Positions 25,773 to 33,730 of a stretch of 34,465 bases of DNA are shown here, piece after piece. Made by a program: the position numbers and the translations under genes. This DNA is from Bacteroidota bacterium. GTDB lineage: Bacteria; Bacteroidota; Ignavibacteria; UBA10030; UBA8401. The stretch is from contig JBAYJG010000002.1 in the NCBI GenBank assembly GCA_041665225.1, positions 1-34,465 of the forward strand. Reading direction: 5' to 3'. Position 1 is the first letter of the stretch. Each line of letters starts with the position of its first letter. The notes beneath the pieces were generated by a model. It did not search any database. It saw only the letters and a program-made list of their open reading frames with translations, and was not told the DNA's origin.

Positions 25773-25968
25773 AACGATATTGATAGAGGATTTGGTGCAG
25801 CAGTTACCGGATGCCGTCAGGTATCTGATGCAGAAGGGGATTAAGTGCATTGCGTGCGGAGAACCGATCTGGGGTACGCTGGAATCCGCTGCATTTGAAA
25901 AAGGATTTACAGGTCAAGAGATAGAATTGTTTGTAAAAGAGTTGAACGAACTGCTGCAACAACAGTGA
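25762..25968 (+). CDS. DUF1858-like small redox-disulfide domain protein
   Basis: From ATG 25762 the sequence is MITKTILIEDLVQQLPDAVRYLMQKGIKCIACGEPIWGTLESAAFEKGFTGQEIELFVKELN. This matches the hybrid-cluster-protein-associated CxxC domain pattern. Confidence 0.6.
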   Translation: MITKTILIEDLVQQLPDAVRYLMQKGIKCIACGEPIWGTLESAAFEKGFTGQEIELFVKELNELLQQQ

Positions 25969-25975
25969 CCGAATT

Positions 25976-27337
25976 ATGGATTCCATGCAAATATTGATTG
26001 TTGATGATGAGGCCTCGCAACGCGAAGTATTGGCTGGATATCTTAAAAAGAAACACCATACCGTACGGCAGGCTTCATCCGCTCTCGAAGCAATCGCACT
26101 TGTTCGTTCCCATCATTATGATGCGATCCTGACGGATTTTAAAATGCCGGGGAAAACCGGCTACGATCTGCTGCAGGAAGTAAAAGCGATTGATCCGGAG
26201 ACTATCGTTGTACTAATGACGGCATTCGGGACCATTGAAGGCGCTGTGGATGCAATGCGGGCAGGCGCGTATGATTACCTGAGCAAACCGATCGAACTCG
26301 ATGAAATCGATCTCCTCATCCGCCGCCTACAAGAGCGGCAGCAGCTGATATCGGAAAATAAATCGCTCCGCCGGCAGTTAGCGGAAAAATATGCATTTGC
26401 TGAAATTGTCTCACAATCCGGAGCGATGCAGGAGGTTCTGTCCACTGCATCCCGGGTTGCTGAGACGAGAGCGCCGGTATTGATCCGCGGAGAGAGTGGA
26501 ACGGGAAAGGAACTGATTGCACGTGCGGTCCATTTTCACAGTCCAAGATCCGGTAAGCCATTTATCGCAGTGAATTGTGCAGCATTGAATGACAATTTGC
26601 TGGAAAGCGAATTGTTCGGACATGAGAAAGGGGCTTTTACCGGCGCAGAAAAACAGCGGCGCGGCAGATTCGAACTCGCCGACGGTGGTACTATCTTTCT
26701 GGATGAAATCGGCGATATTTCCCCAGCGACGCAGGTGAGATTATTGCGTGTGCTGCAGGAACAACAGTTCGAACGGGTCGGCGGATCAGAAACGATTGCG
26801 GTGGATGTCCGTGTGATAGCAGCGACAAACAAAAACCTTGAAACGGCAATTGCTGATGGAAAATTCCGGGAAGATTTGTTCTACCGCCTGAATGTTGTTG
26901 CAGTCGAACTTCCACCGCTTCGAAAACGCCGGGAAGATATTCCACTTCTGCTGGATCATTTCCTGGCAAAATTCGCCAAAGACCATAAACGCAAAAAACT
27001 ATCTTTCTCGAAGGAAGCGTGGGAGTGTGCGACGCGGTATGATTATCCCGGCAATGTGCGCGAACTGGAGAACATCGTCCAGCGGGCTGTGATCTTTTCA
27101 CGCGGAGATCTGATTGCTACGGAAGATCTTCCACAGATCGTCCGCGGCGTTAAAACTGAGCAGCAGGTGAAACGTGCATTACTTCAGTCATTGCCGGATC
27201 AGGTTGAACAACTGGAAAAAGATCTCATCTTTGAAGCGCTCCGAATGAACGGAGACAATCAATCAAAAGCTGCAAAACTTCTTGGTTTATCGGAACGGAA
27301 TTTGCGCTACCGCTTAAAAAAGTGGGGAGTAAAATAG
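25976..27337 (+). CDS. Sigma-54-dependent response regulator (NtrC/ZraR/AtoC family: REC + AAA+ + Fis-type HTH)
   Basis: The receiver domain has DDE...D (ILTDFKMPG). Walker A is GESGTGKE and the sigma-54 contact loop is GHEKGAFTGA. The C-terminal HTH is AAKLLGLSERNLRYRLKK. Confidence 0.92.
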   Translation: MDSMQILIVDDEASQREVLAGYLKKKHHTVRQASSALEAIALVRSHHYDAILTDFKMPGKTGYDLLQEVKAIDPETIVVLMTAFGTIEGAVDAMRAGAYDYLSKPIELDEIDLLIRRLQERQQLISENKSLRRQLAEKYAFAEIVSQSGAMQEVLSTASRVAETRAPVLIRGESGTGKELIARAVHFHSPRSGKPFIAVNCAALNDNLLESELFGHEKGAFTGAEKQRRGRFELADGGTIFLDEIGDISPATQVRLLRVLQEQQFERVGGSETIAVDVRVIAATNKNLETAIADGKFREDLFYRLNVVAVELPPLRKRREDIPLLLDHFLAKFAKDHKRKKLSFSKEAWECATRYDYPGNVRELENIVQRAVIFSRGDLIATEDLPQIVRGVKTEQQVKRALLQSLPDQVEQLEKDLIFEALRMNGDNQSKAAKLLGLSERNLRYRLKKWGVK

Positions 27338-27441
27338 CAGTCCATTTGAAAACTCTGCTGGTCAAGTAACGTATTGTCCTGCGCATTTTGTTGTAATACC
27401 GTCCAATTCTTTCAACTCTACACTGCAAAACGAACTCTCGT

Positions 27442-27479
27442 TCGACAAAAGTGTCGAACACAATCGACAGAAATGTCGC
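27442..27479. promoter_or_regulatory. Tandem palindromic upstream activator sites (candidate bEBP binding sites)
   Basis: The sites are TCGACA-AAAG-TGTCGA (27442-27457) and TCGACA-GAAA-TGTCGC (27464-27479). Their centres are 22 bp apart and lie about 85 bp upstream of the -24 element. Confidence 0.55.
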
Positions 27480-27540
27480 GGTTCCGTTCCTCTCTTCATA
27501 TCATTCTCCGTTTTCCTTAACGAAATCAGCAATAGTGCGT

Positions 27541-27557
27541 TTGGCACGGTGCTTGTA
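27541..27557 (+). promoter_or_regulatory. Sigma-54 (-24/-12) promoter
   Basis: TTGGCACGGTGCTTGTA compared with consensus YTGGCACG-N4-TTGCW has correct GG-to-(G)C spacing and one mismatch (TTGT for TTGC). It lies 67 nt upstream of ATG 27624 and directly downstream of the bEBP gene. Confidence 0.55.
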
Positions 27558-27623
27558 ATACTAAGACCAGAACGCAACACAAACACAATCACAATTCACT
27601 CACAAACAATTTACGGAGGTTGT

Positions 27624-27983
27624 ATGAAACGCATTATCAACGCAGCGCTGACACTGGTCGTCGCATTGACGCTGGGTGTTATGTTCACCGATTCAGTATA
27701 TGCACAACAGAAAGGTACCGTCACGCCAACAGAGCGCGGTCAATACTTTGTGGATCAGGATGGCGACGGCATTTGCGACAATGTCGGCACGCATCAGGGA
27801 CAAAAAGCAGGGAATGGTCAGCGTGGAAAAGGAATGGGACCAAAAGACGGTACGGGCAATAAAGGACAAGGTCCGAAGGATGGCACCGGTTTTGGTTCGG
27901 GAAAATGCACTGGGGCAGGAACCGGGGTTTGTGACGGGACAGGTCCGAAGGGAAATATGAACCGCAGCGGTAAAGGTAAATAG
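27624..27983 (+). CDS. Secreted mini-protein: DQDGDGICDN motif plus Gly/Lys-rich DGTG(P/N)KG tail with two Cys
   Basis: GGAGG (27615-27619) lies 4 nt before ATG 27624. The signal peptide is MKRIINAALTLVVALTLGVMFTDSVYA. The Asp-rich loop is at 27753-27782. The tail is GKGMGPKDGTGNKGQGPKDGTGFGSGKCTGAGTGVCDGTGPKG. Confidence 0.75.
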   Translation: MKRIINAALTLVVALTLGVMFTDSVYAQQKGTVTPTERGQYFVDQDGDGICDNVGTHQGQKAGNGQRGKGMGPKDGTGNKGQGPKDGTGFGSGKCTGAGTGVCDGTGPKGNMNRSGKGK

Positions 27984-27994
27984 TCCTTCTTGTG

Positions 27995-28018
27995 TGAGGA
28001 GGGTGTGAACTCTCCTCA
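27995..28018 (+). other. Intercistronic hairpin without U tract
   Basis: TGAGGAG (27995-28001) pairs with CTCCTCA (28012-28018) around a 10-nt loop, between the two mini-protein genes. It could be an attenuator, a processing site or an mRNA stabiliser. Confidence 0.3.
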
Positions 28019-28032
28019 TGCACTAATACAGA

Positions 28033-28371
28033 ATGAAAGCCAGGAATACTATGAAGAACTTTTACGCATTATGTACACTCTGTTTCCTTTTGATCACCGG
28101 TTCACCGTTGTCGGCACAGACGGTTGAACAACAGAAGGAACAAAAGAAACAGGTCGTACCGGCAGACTACGATGCAAACGCCAATGGCATTGATGATGCA
28201 AAAGAGAAACAACAGGTAAATGTTAACAAAGGATCGAAAAAGCGTGACCAGTTTATCGACGCCAATGGCGACGGAATTTGTGATACGCGTGAAAACGGTC
28301 TCGGCTTCCGCCGCGGCAAAGGAATGAATTCAGGACAATTTGGAAAACGACAACAAGGACGGCACAAATGA
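28033..28371 (+). CDS. Secreted mini-protein paralog: DANGDGICDT motif plus basic Gly-rich tail
   Basis: The signal peptide ends ...GSPLSAQ (alternative ATG at 28051). The motif at 28258-28284 shares about 24 of 27 nt with 27756-27782. The stop overlaps the next ATG (ATGA 28368-28371). Confidence 0.7.
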   Translation: MKARNTMKNFYALCTLCFLLITGSPLSAQTVEQQKEQKKQVVPADYDANANGIDDAKEKQQVNVNKGSKKRDQFIDANGDGICDTRENGLGFRRGKGMNSGQFGKRQQGRHK

Positions 28372-29486
28372 AACAGTTACATAGAATTACACTCGCACTC
28401 TTACTCTTGGCAGGACAGCAACTCTTCGGTCAGATCAATGCGCACGCGTCGGTCAGTTCAATGGCTGATGATAATGTCAACAATAACGCACAAAACTTGA
28501 AAAGCAATGTCACGTCGTTCATGTTCACCGGCGGATATGACTGGGAGGCGGAAAAGACGCTTACACGCTTGTTCTATGACGGCACATTCACATATTATGA
28601 ATCGCTGCTCGAACGGACAAACCATCAGCATTCCGTCACTGCGGAGTTCACACAGTGGTACGGGGATGATGACCAGCATTCGATTCAGGCGGGAGGTTTT
28701 ATCGGTACCGCCATCAATCGCGACGCCTACACATTGTTCGATCACTCGATGCTTTCTGTGTTCATCAACTCCAAATATTTTCTCTCTGACCGTCTGATCA
28801 ATAAGACGGGATATACGCTGCGGTCGGTTTCTTTTTCTGTGCTGGATGATTTCAGCTATACAGAACATGCATTGTTTGGTCAATTAGCGTTTGCTGCAGT
28901 GCCGACCACCACGATCATCGTACAGGCAGATTTGGGGAGCAAGTTTTATTCCACGACACCGTCGATGTCGAGTGCGTCGATGCGAAAGGGAGTCATGTCT
29001 TCGCTGATGCCGAGTGTAACCCAGACGATCGGAACGGTAAAGATTGGCCAGGGGATAACGGATAACATTGGGATCAGCATTACGGAACGCTATCAATTGA
29101 ATCTGCAAAAACAGACACGATATCTCAGTTCAGAATACGGGTTCATTTCGGACGACGAACTGTTCGACGACCATTACGGCTACGAAGGATTGCATTCCAA
29201 TGCAACCGTCACCGCACTTCTGTCGGAAACAACGACATTAAAAGTATCCGGCGGAATACAGAACAAACTGTATTCTTCGCTAGCGGCGTTCGATGTGAAT
29301 GGTAATTACGCCGCCGGTCAGCGGAGCGATGAACGGTCGTATCTCAATATCACACTGTTGAAACGCTTCGACGAACAGGGTATTTCCGTTAAAGGTTCGA
29401 TTGATCGTATTCAAAACAGTTCAAACGACGCGCTCTATCACTACAATAACACTGCAGTCACTCTGGAATTGGGTATCCCTTTTTAA
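28368..29486 (+). CDS. Predicted outer-membrane beta-barrel protein, family unknown
   Basis: A signal peptide (LALLLLAGQQLFGQINAHA) is present. The sequence has alternating amphipathic Y/F/T-rich segments and a C-terminal ...VTLELGIPF with terminal Phe (OMP beta-signal). It is translationally coupled to the upstream gene. Confidence 0.65.
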   Translation: MKQLHRITLALLLLAGQQLFGQINAHASVSSMADDNVNNNAQNLKSNVTSFMFTGGYDWEAEKTLTRLFYDGTFTYYESLLERTNHQHSVTAEFTQWYGDDDQHSIQAGGFIGTAINRDAYTLFDHSMLSVFINSKYFLSDRLINKTGYTLRSVSFSVLDDFSYTEHALFGQLAFAAVPTTTIIVQADLGSKFYSTTPSMSSASMRKGVMSSLMPSVTQTIGTVKIGQGITDNIGISITERYQLNLQKQTRYLSSEYGFISDDELFDDHYGYEGLHSNATVTALLSETTTLKVSGGIQNKLYSSLAAFDVNGNYAAGQRSDERSYLNITLLKRFDEQGISVKGSIDRIQNSSNDALYHYNNTAVTLELGIPF

Positions 29487-29580
29487 CGGGATACCTGGTT
29501 CTATTCCTCCAAAATATCCGTATTATTCGGCATCGTTGTACCGGTCGAATGCATCAAACCGGAAACAATAACCGAATATC

Positions 29581-31608
29581 ATGCGAAATGTTCTCTCACT
29601 CATAAAACCCCGTTATATTATCGCCATTGCACTGGGAGTTGCAGTGCTGATGTTTACATCCGCATACATTGAACTACGGCAGAGCCGCGAAGAGCTCTAT
29701 CACGTGCTGCAGGAACATTCCCTTTCGCTTGCGGAGACGATTACCAACAGCAGTGCCAATATCGTCCTTTCCACAGACCGCATTGAAGAAGAATTGAGCG
29801 AACGACTGCTGAGCAACGCACGTCTGATTGCAACGCTGGACAGTCTCGGTGTAGTGAATAATTCGATGCTGAAAGAAATCGCATACCGCAATGGAATCTT
29901 CCGCATCAACATATTCAACCGCCGCGGCACCCGGATCATGTCCAGCCATACACCGGAATTTCATCCCGGCGTGACGAGAGAAAAGAATTCTCCCGGTACG
30001 ATCCTTCGTCCGATTCTGAATGGTACTTCCGAAGAATTGATTATTGGGCTGAAAGAAGCGCGATTTGAGGAGGGCCAACGGTATGCAGTTGCAGTACGAC
30101 GAACGAACACATCTGGCGGAGCAATTGTCTTGAATCTTGATGCGGCTCAGTTCATTGAGTTCCGGAAAGAGATCGGCATCGGCAAACTGGTAACGGATCT
30201 TGGCAACAATACGGGAATAGATTATGTCGTTATACAGGACGAAGAAGGAATACTTGCCGCGACAAAAGGTGTGCGGGAAATGTCTACCATGGACAATGAT
30301 CCCCTGCTTTCCACAGTGTTGGTGAAGGATACGACTATCAGCAGGGAAGTCACTTTTTTTGACCGGAACACTTTTGAAATCGTTAAACGGCTCTCCATCG
30401 ACGGTACAGCGGTTGGTGTGTTACGTATTGGTCTTTCCATGGACGAATTGCGGGCTATCGACGGCCGCATGCAGCGGCGGATGGTCATTATGTCCTTCGT
30501 ACTCATTTTACTCGGCGTCATCCTTTTTTCCTTTATCATCGCCTCGCAGAATGTAAAACTTATCGCCGGCAAGTATTCATCCATCCGGTCGTTGACCGGG
30601 AATATTCTTGAGCATATGAATGATGCTGTTGTCACCATCGACCGTGACCGGAGGGTGACCATCTTCAATCGGCAGGCGGAATCCCTTTTCGGTATCGAGT
30701 CCGGAAGTGCGATCGGACGGACCATAGAACAACTGCCGGAACGTATTCAATCCTGTCTTTCTTCCATTACCTCGAAGAAAGAAGAGCAGGTGGAACAATC
30801 GCTCTGGTGCAGTAACAACGACGAGCGGATCGTTTCGATTTCCACATCTACAACCACCAATGATGCGGGAATTGTGGAGACCTGGACTGTGGTTATTAAA
30901 GACCTTACGGAAGCGAAGCGACTAGAAAAAGAGATCCAGCGAAAAGAAAAAATGACCGCTATGGGAGAACTGGCCGCCGGCGTTGCGCACGAGATCAGAA
31001 ACCCGCTGAATGCGATTTCGATGATCGCACAACGCTACGAAAAAGAGTTTTTGCCAAAAAAAGGGGTGCGGGAGTATCAGGCATTGACCAATGTTCTTAA
31101 AAAAGAATCACTTCGCATGAATGGAATCATCCAGCAGTTTCTGCAATTTGCACGTCCCAAAAAAGTGAAGCGCACGCGAACGGATGCGGGGGAATTCATT
31201 AAACATGTGGCAACACTGTTTCGACCTCAAACAGGAAAGAAGAGGATCGAGTTTGCTGTGCATGCCGACAATGTGAACCTCAATATTGATTTCGAACAGA
31301 TGACGCAGGCGCTCCTGAATCTTTTGCAAAATGCTTTGGACGCAACACCACAAAAGGGTTCGATCGGTCTTTCCCTTCGATTGAAGAATTCCTTCATTAT
31401 CATTGAAGTTTCGGATACGGGATCCGGTATTCCGGCAGAGCTGCAGGAAAAGATTTTCAACCTCTACTTTACAACAAAATCTACCGGTTCCGGTATGGGT
31501 CTTGCAATCACTCAGCAGATCATATCACAGCATGACGGTACACTTTCCGTGACGAAGAACCTGCCGAATGGATCAATATTTACTATTACGCTTCCGACTG
31601 CTGTGTAG
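29581..31608 (+). CDS. Sensor histidine kinase (TM, ~280-aa extracytoplasmic domain, TM, PAS, HisKA, HATPase_c)
   Basis: The H box is GELAAGVAHEIRNPLNAI, the N box LLNLLQNALDA, G1 DTGSGIP and G2 GSGMGLAI. Hydrophobic segments lie at about aa 12-30 and 302-322. Confidence 0.92.
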   Translation: MRNVLSLIKPRYIIAIALGVAVLMFTSAYIELRQSREELYHVLQEHSLSLAETITNSSANIVLSTDRIEEELSERLLSNARLIATLDSLGVVNNSMLKEIAYRNGIFRINIFNRRGTRIMSSHTPEFHPGVTREKNSPGTILRPILNGTSEELIIGLKEARFEEGQRYAVAVRRTNTSGGAIVLNLDAAQFIEFRKEIGIGKLVTDLGNNTGIDYVVIQDEEGILAATKGVREMSTMDNDPLLSTVLVKDTTISREVTFFDRNTFEIVKRLSIDGTAVGVLRIGLSMDELRAIDGRMQRRMVIMSFVLILLGVILFSFIIASQNVKLIAGKYSSIRSLTGNILEHMNDAVVTIDRDRRVTIFNRQAESLFGIESGSAIGRTIEQLPERIQSCLSSITSKKEEQVEQSLWCSNNDERIVSISTSTTTNDAGIVETWTVVIKDLTEAKRLEKEIQRKEKMTAMGELAAGVAHEIRNPLNAISMIAQRYEKEFLPKKGVREYQALTNVLKKESLRMNGIIQQFLQFARPKKVKRTRTDAGEFIKHVATLFRPQTGKKRIEFAVHADNVNLNIDFEQMTQALLNLLQNALDATPQKGSIGLSLRLKNSFIIIEVSDTGSGIPAELQEKIFNLYFTTKSTGSGMGLAITQQIISQHDGTLSVTKNLPNGSIFTITLPTAV

Positions 31609-31710
31609 CGTTATTGCTTTGCCGCAAAACACTAAACCCCTTCTATCAAGATAACACTGTCTTATATTCTCGCGATGAACAACTGCTAACTGTTCTTCCA
31701 GAATAATGAC

Positions 31711-31730
31711 GCAACGATGTCGTTGTTTTT
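31711..31730 (+). terminator. Weak candidate terminator after the kinase gene
   Basis: CAACG-ATGT-CGTTG (5-bp stem) is followed by TTTTT. The stem is short and GC-poor. Confidence 0.25.
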
Positions 31731-31819
31731 GCAGTAATATTTTCCGTACTTGAAACAACGATTACTTCAGGAGTCCACGTCCACGTACTTCCTATCTTTT
31801 CACCATCCTTTGATTTTGT

Positions 31820-33364
31820 ATGAATACCAACCAGTATGCCCTTGCCAATCCACTCGCCGTGTTTCTTGATAAACCCCGCGAAGCATTCACACGGGAAGAT
31901 CTGTTGCGCGTTATTGAAGAACAGCATATCGAACGGATTACATTTCATTATACCGCTCTCGACGGTAAGCTGAAGGAGCTGAAAATACCGATTGCCAACC
32001 GCCTGCAGGCCGAACGTATTCTTGCCGACGGCGAACGAGTGGATGGATCTTCACTCTTTAAAGGAATGGTTGATACTGCGTTATCCGACCTGTACGTAGT
32101 ACCAGTGTATAAGACTGCGTTCAAAAATCCGTTCGTTGAGCGGAGTTTGGATTTCGTCTGCCGGTACCTAACACGGGATGGATCACTTGCCCCGTTTGCG
32201 CCCGATACGATTCTCCATCGTGCATCGGATTTATTTGAGAATCATTCCGGTATGGAATTACACGCGCTCGGCGAGTTGGAATTTTTCCTGCTGAGCGATC
32301 CTCAGAACCGCTCCTATGCAGCTGCCAAGCAGCGCGGGTATCACGCATCGGCTCCGTTTGTTAAGACGGGCACGGTGCTTGATGAGATGGTCCGGTATAT
32401 CACGCAGATTACCGGTGCGATCAAATACGCACACAGCGAAGTCGGTTATATTGAAAGCGTCCGAAGCGATGTGGATGAGATCGCCAACAAACAAGGGGAA
32501 CAGCTGGAGATCGAATTCCTTCCGACGCCGATCGAAGATGCTGCAGATCATCTGGTGGTTGCCCGGTGGCTTATCCGCAATACTGCTTACAAACATGGAT
32601 GTGTTGCAACATTCACGCCGAAACTGGAAGAGGGAATTGCCGGGAATGGTTTGCATGTACATATGGAAGTTCGATCTAAAGGAAAGAATATCATGAACGT
32701 TCCTTCCGGCGCGTTGTCTCCCGAAGCGTTGAGTGTCATTGGCGGACTCTGCACCTACGCAGACTCGCTGACGGCGTTTGGGAATACCACTTCGTCCGCA
32801 TACTTGCGGCTGGTTCCGAACCAGGAAGCGCCGACGCGCGTCTGTTGGAGTGATATGAACCGCAGTGCCATGATCCGCGTGCCGCTCGGCTGGTCTTCCA
32901 CGGAAAATCTTGCAAAGAAAATCAATCCGCAGCAAGTTTCCTCCTATGCAGCAGCGGATGGGCGGCAAACAGTCGAACTGCGAAGTCCGGACGGCAGCGC
33001 GATGGTTCACCTCTTGCTTGCAGGTATTACAATGGCGGCGGAGTGGGGTCTTGGGCATGATGATGATGCAGCACAGATCGCGGAACGATACTACGTTGCA
33101 GGAAATATTTTTCAGGACAAGGAACTATGGAACCGGCTGCCGGCCCTTCCGAAAAGCTGCGTAGAATCTGCACGGATTTTGCTGAAAAAGCGCGAGTTGT
33201 ATGAACGTGAAGGTATTTTTCCCAAAAGCATCATTGAGTATGCGGCAAAAATGCTGGATGCGGAAAACGATGAATTCATGAACAAACGACTGATCGATTT
33301 GCCTGCGGATGATCGGTTGATGGATACCCGGAAAATTATGCATAAGGACATTCACAGGAATTGA
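31820..33364 (+). CDS. glnA: Glutamine synthetase family protein (~500-aa type)
   Basis: GS blocks are present: VDGSSLF, GNGLHVHMEV (compare GSGMHxH), and SAYLRLVPNQEAPTRVCWSDMNRSAMIRVP (compare NSYKRLVPGYEAP...NRSALIRIP). Confidence 0.8.
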   Translation: MNTNQYALANPLAVFLDKPREAFTREDLLRVIEEQHIERITFHYTALDGKLKELKIPIANRLQAERILADGERVDGSSLFKGMVDTALSDLYVVPVYKTAFKNPFVERSLDFVCRYLTRDGSLAPFAPDTILHRASDLFENHSGMELHALGELEFFLLSDPQNRSYAAAKQRGYHASAPFVKTGTVLDEMVRYITQITGAIKYAHSEVGYIESVRSDVDEIANKQGEQLEIEFLPTPIEDAADHLVVARWLIRNTAYKHGCVATFTPKLEEGIAGNGLHVHMEVRSKGKNIMNVPSGALSPEALSVIGGLCTYADSLTAFGNTTSSAYLRLVPNQEAPTRVCWSDMNRSAMIRVPLGWSSTENLAKKINPQQVSSYAAADGRQTVELRSPDGSAMVHLLLAGITMAAEWGLGHDDDAAQIAERYYVAGNIFQDKELWNRLPALPKSCVESARILLKKRELYEREGIFPKSIIEYAAKMLDAENDEFMNKRLIDLPADDRLMDTRKIMHKDIHRN

Positions 33365-33730
33365 ACGCTCTCAAATTTTTTCGCTGCGAATATACACCAG
33401 TGGAATTTATTTCGCGAACCTATCATTGGGAGGAAAAGAACCAGACAAAAAAATGTCGAAGGAAATAATCTGGCCCTGATTCTTCGATGAATGGTCATGT
33501 GCCGAATATTGGTACATATATTTATTATATCCCTCTCAGAAGGATTAATCCTCTTTTCATCCTTTCAGTCTATTCTTTTTCGTCCCATCCGGTCGTATAC
33601 TATTCATACTCAGTTGAACTACAAACGGCAGCAATGGAGAATCGTGCACTGAAGCGAGATTGTTTTTTTCATTGACATCACGTGAATGACACATTGATCT
33701 ACCATCGCACATTTGTTGCTGAGGTCCCAA

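Noticed and set aside
31646-31948. 100-aa minus-strand ORF spanning the kinase-glnA intergenic region and the glnA start. I also looked here for a glutamine-riboswitch-like glnA leader.
   Set aside because: The ORF overlaps the glnA 5' end and has no start signal. No GGAAGUAGG/CGUUC-type glnA RNA motif is present.
32258-33058. 266-aa minus-strand ORF.
   Set aside because: It lies antisense to the glutamine synthetase gene, which carries clear GS signature blocks.
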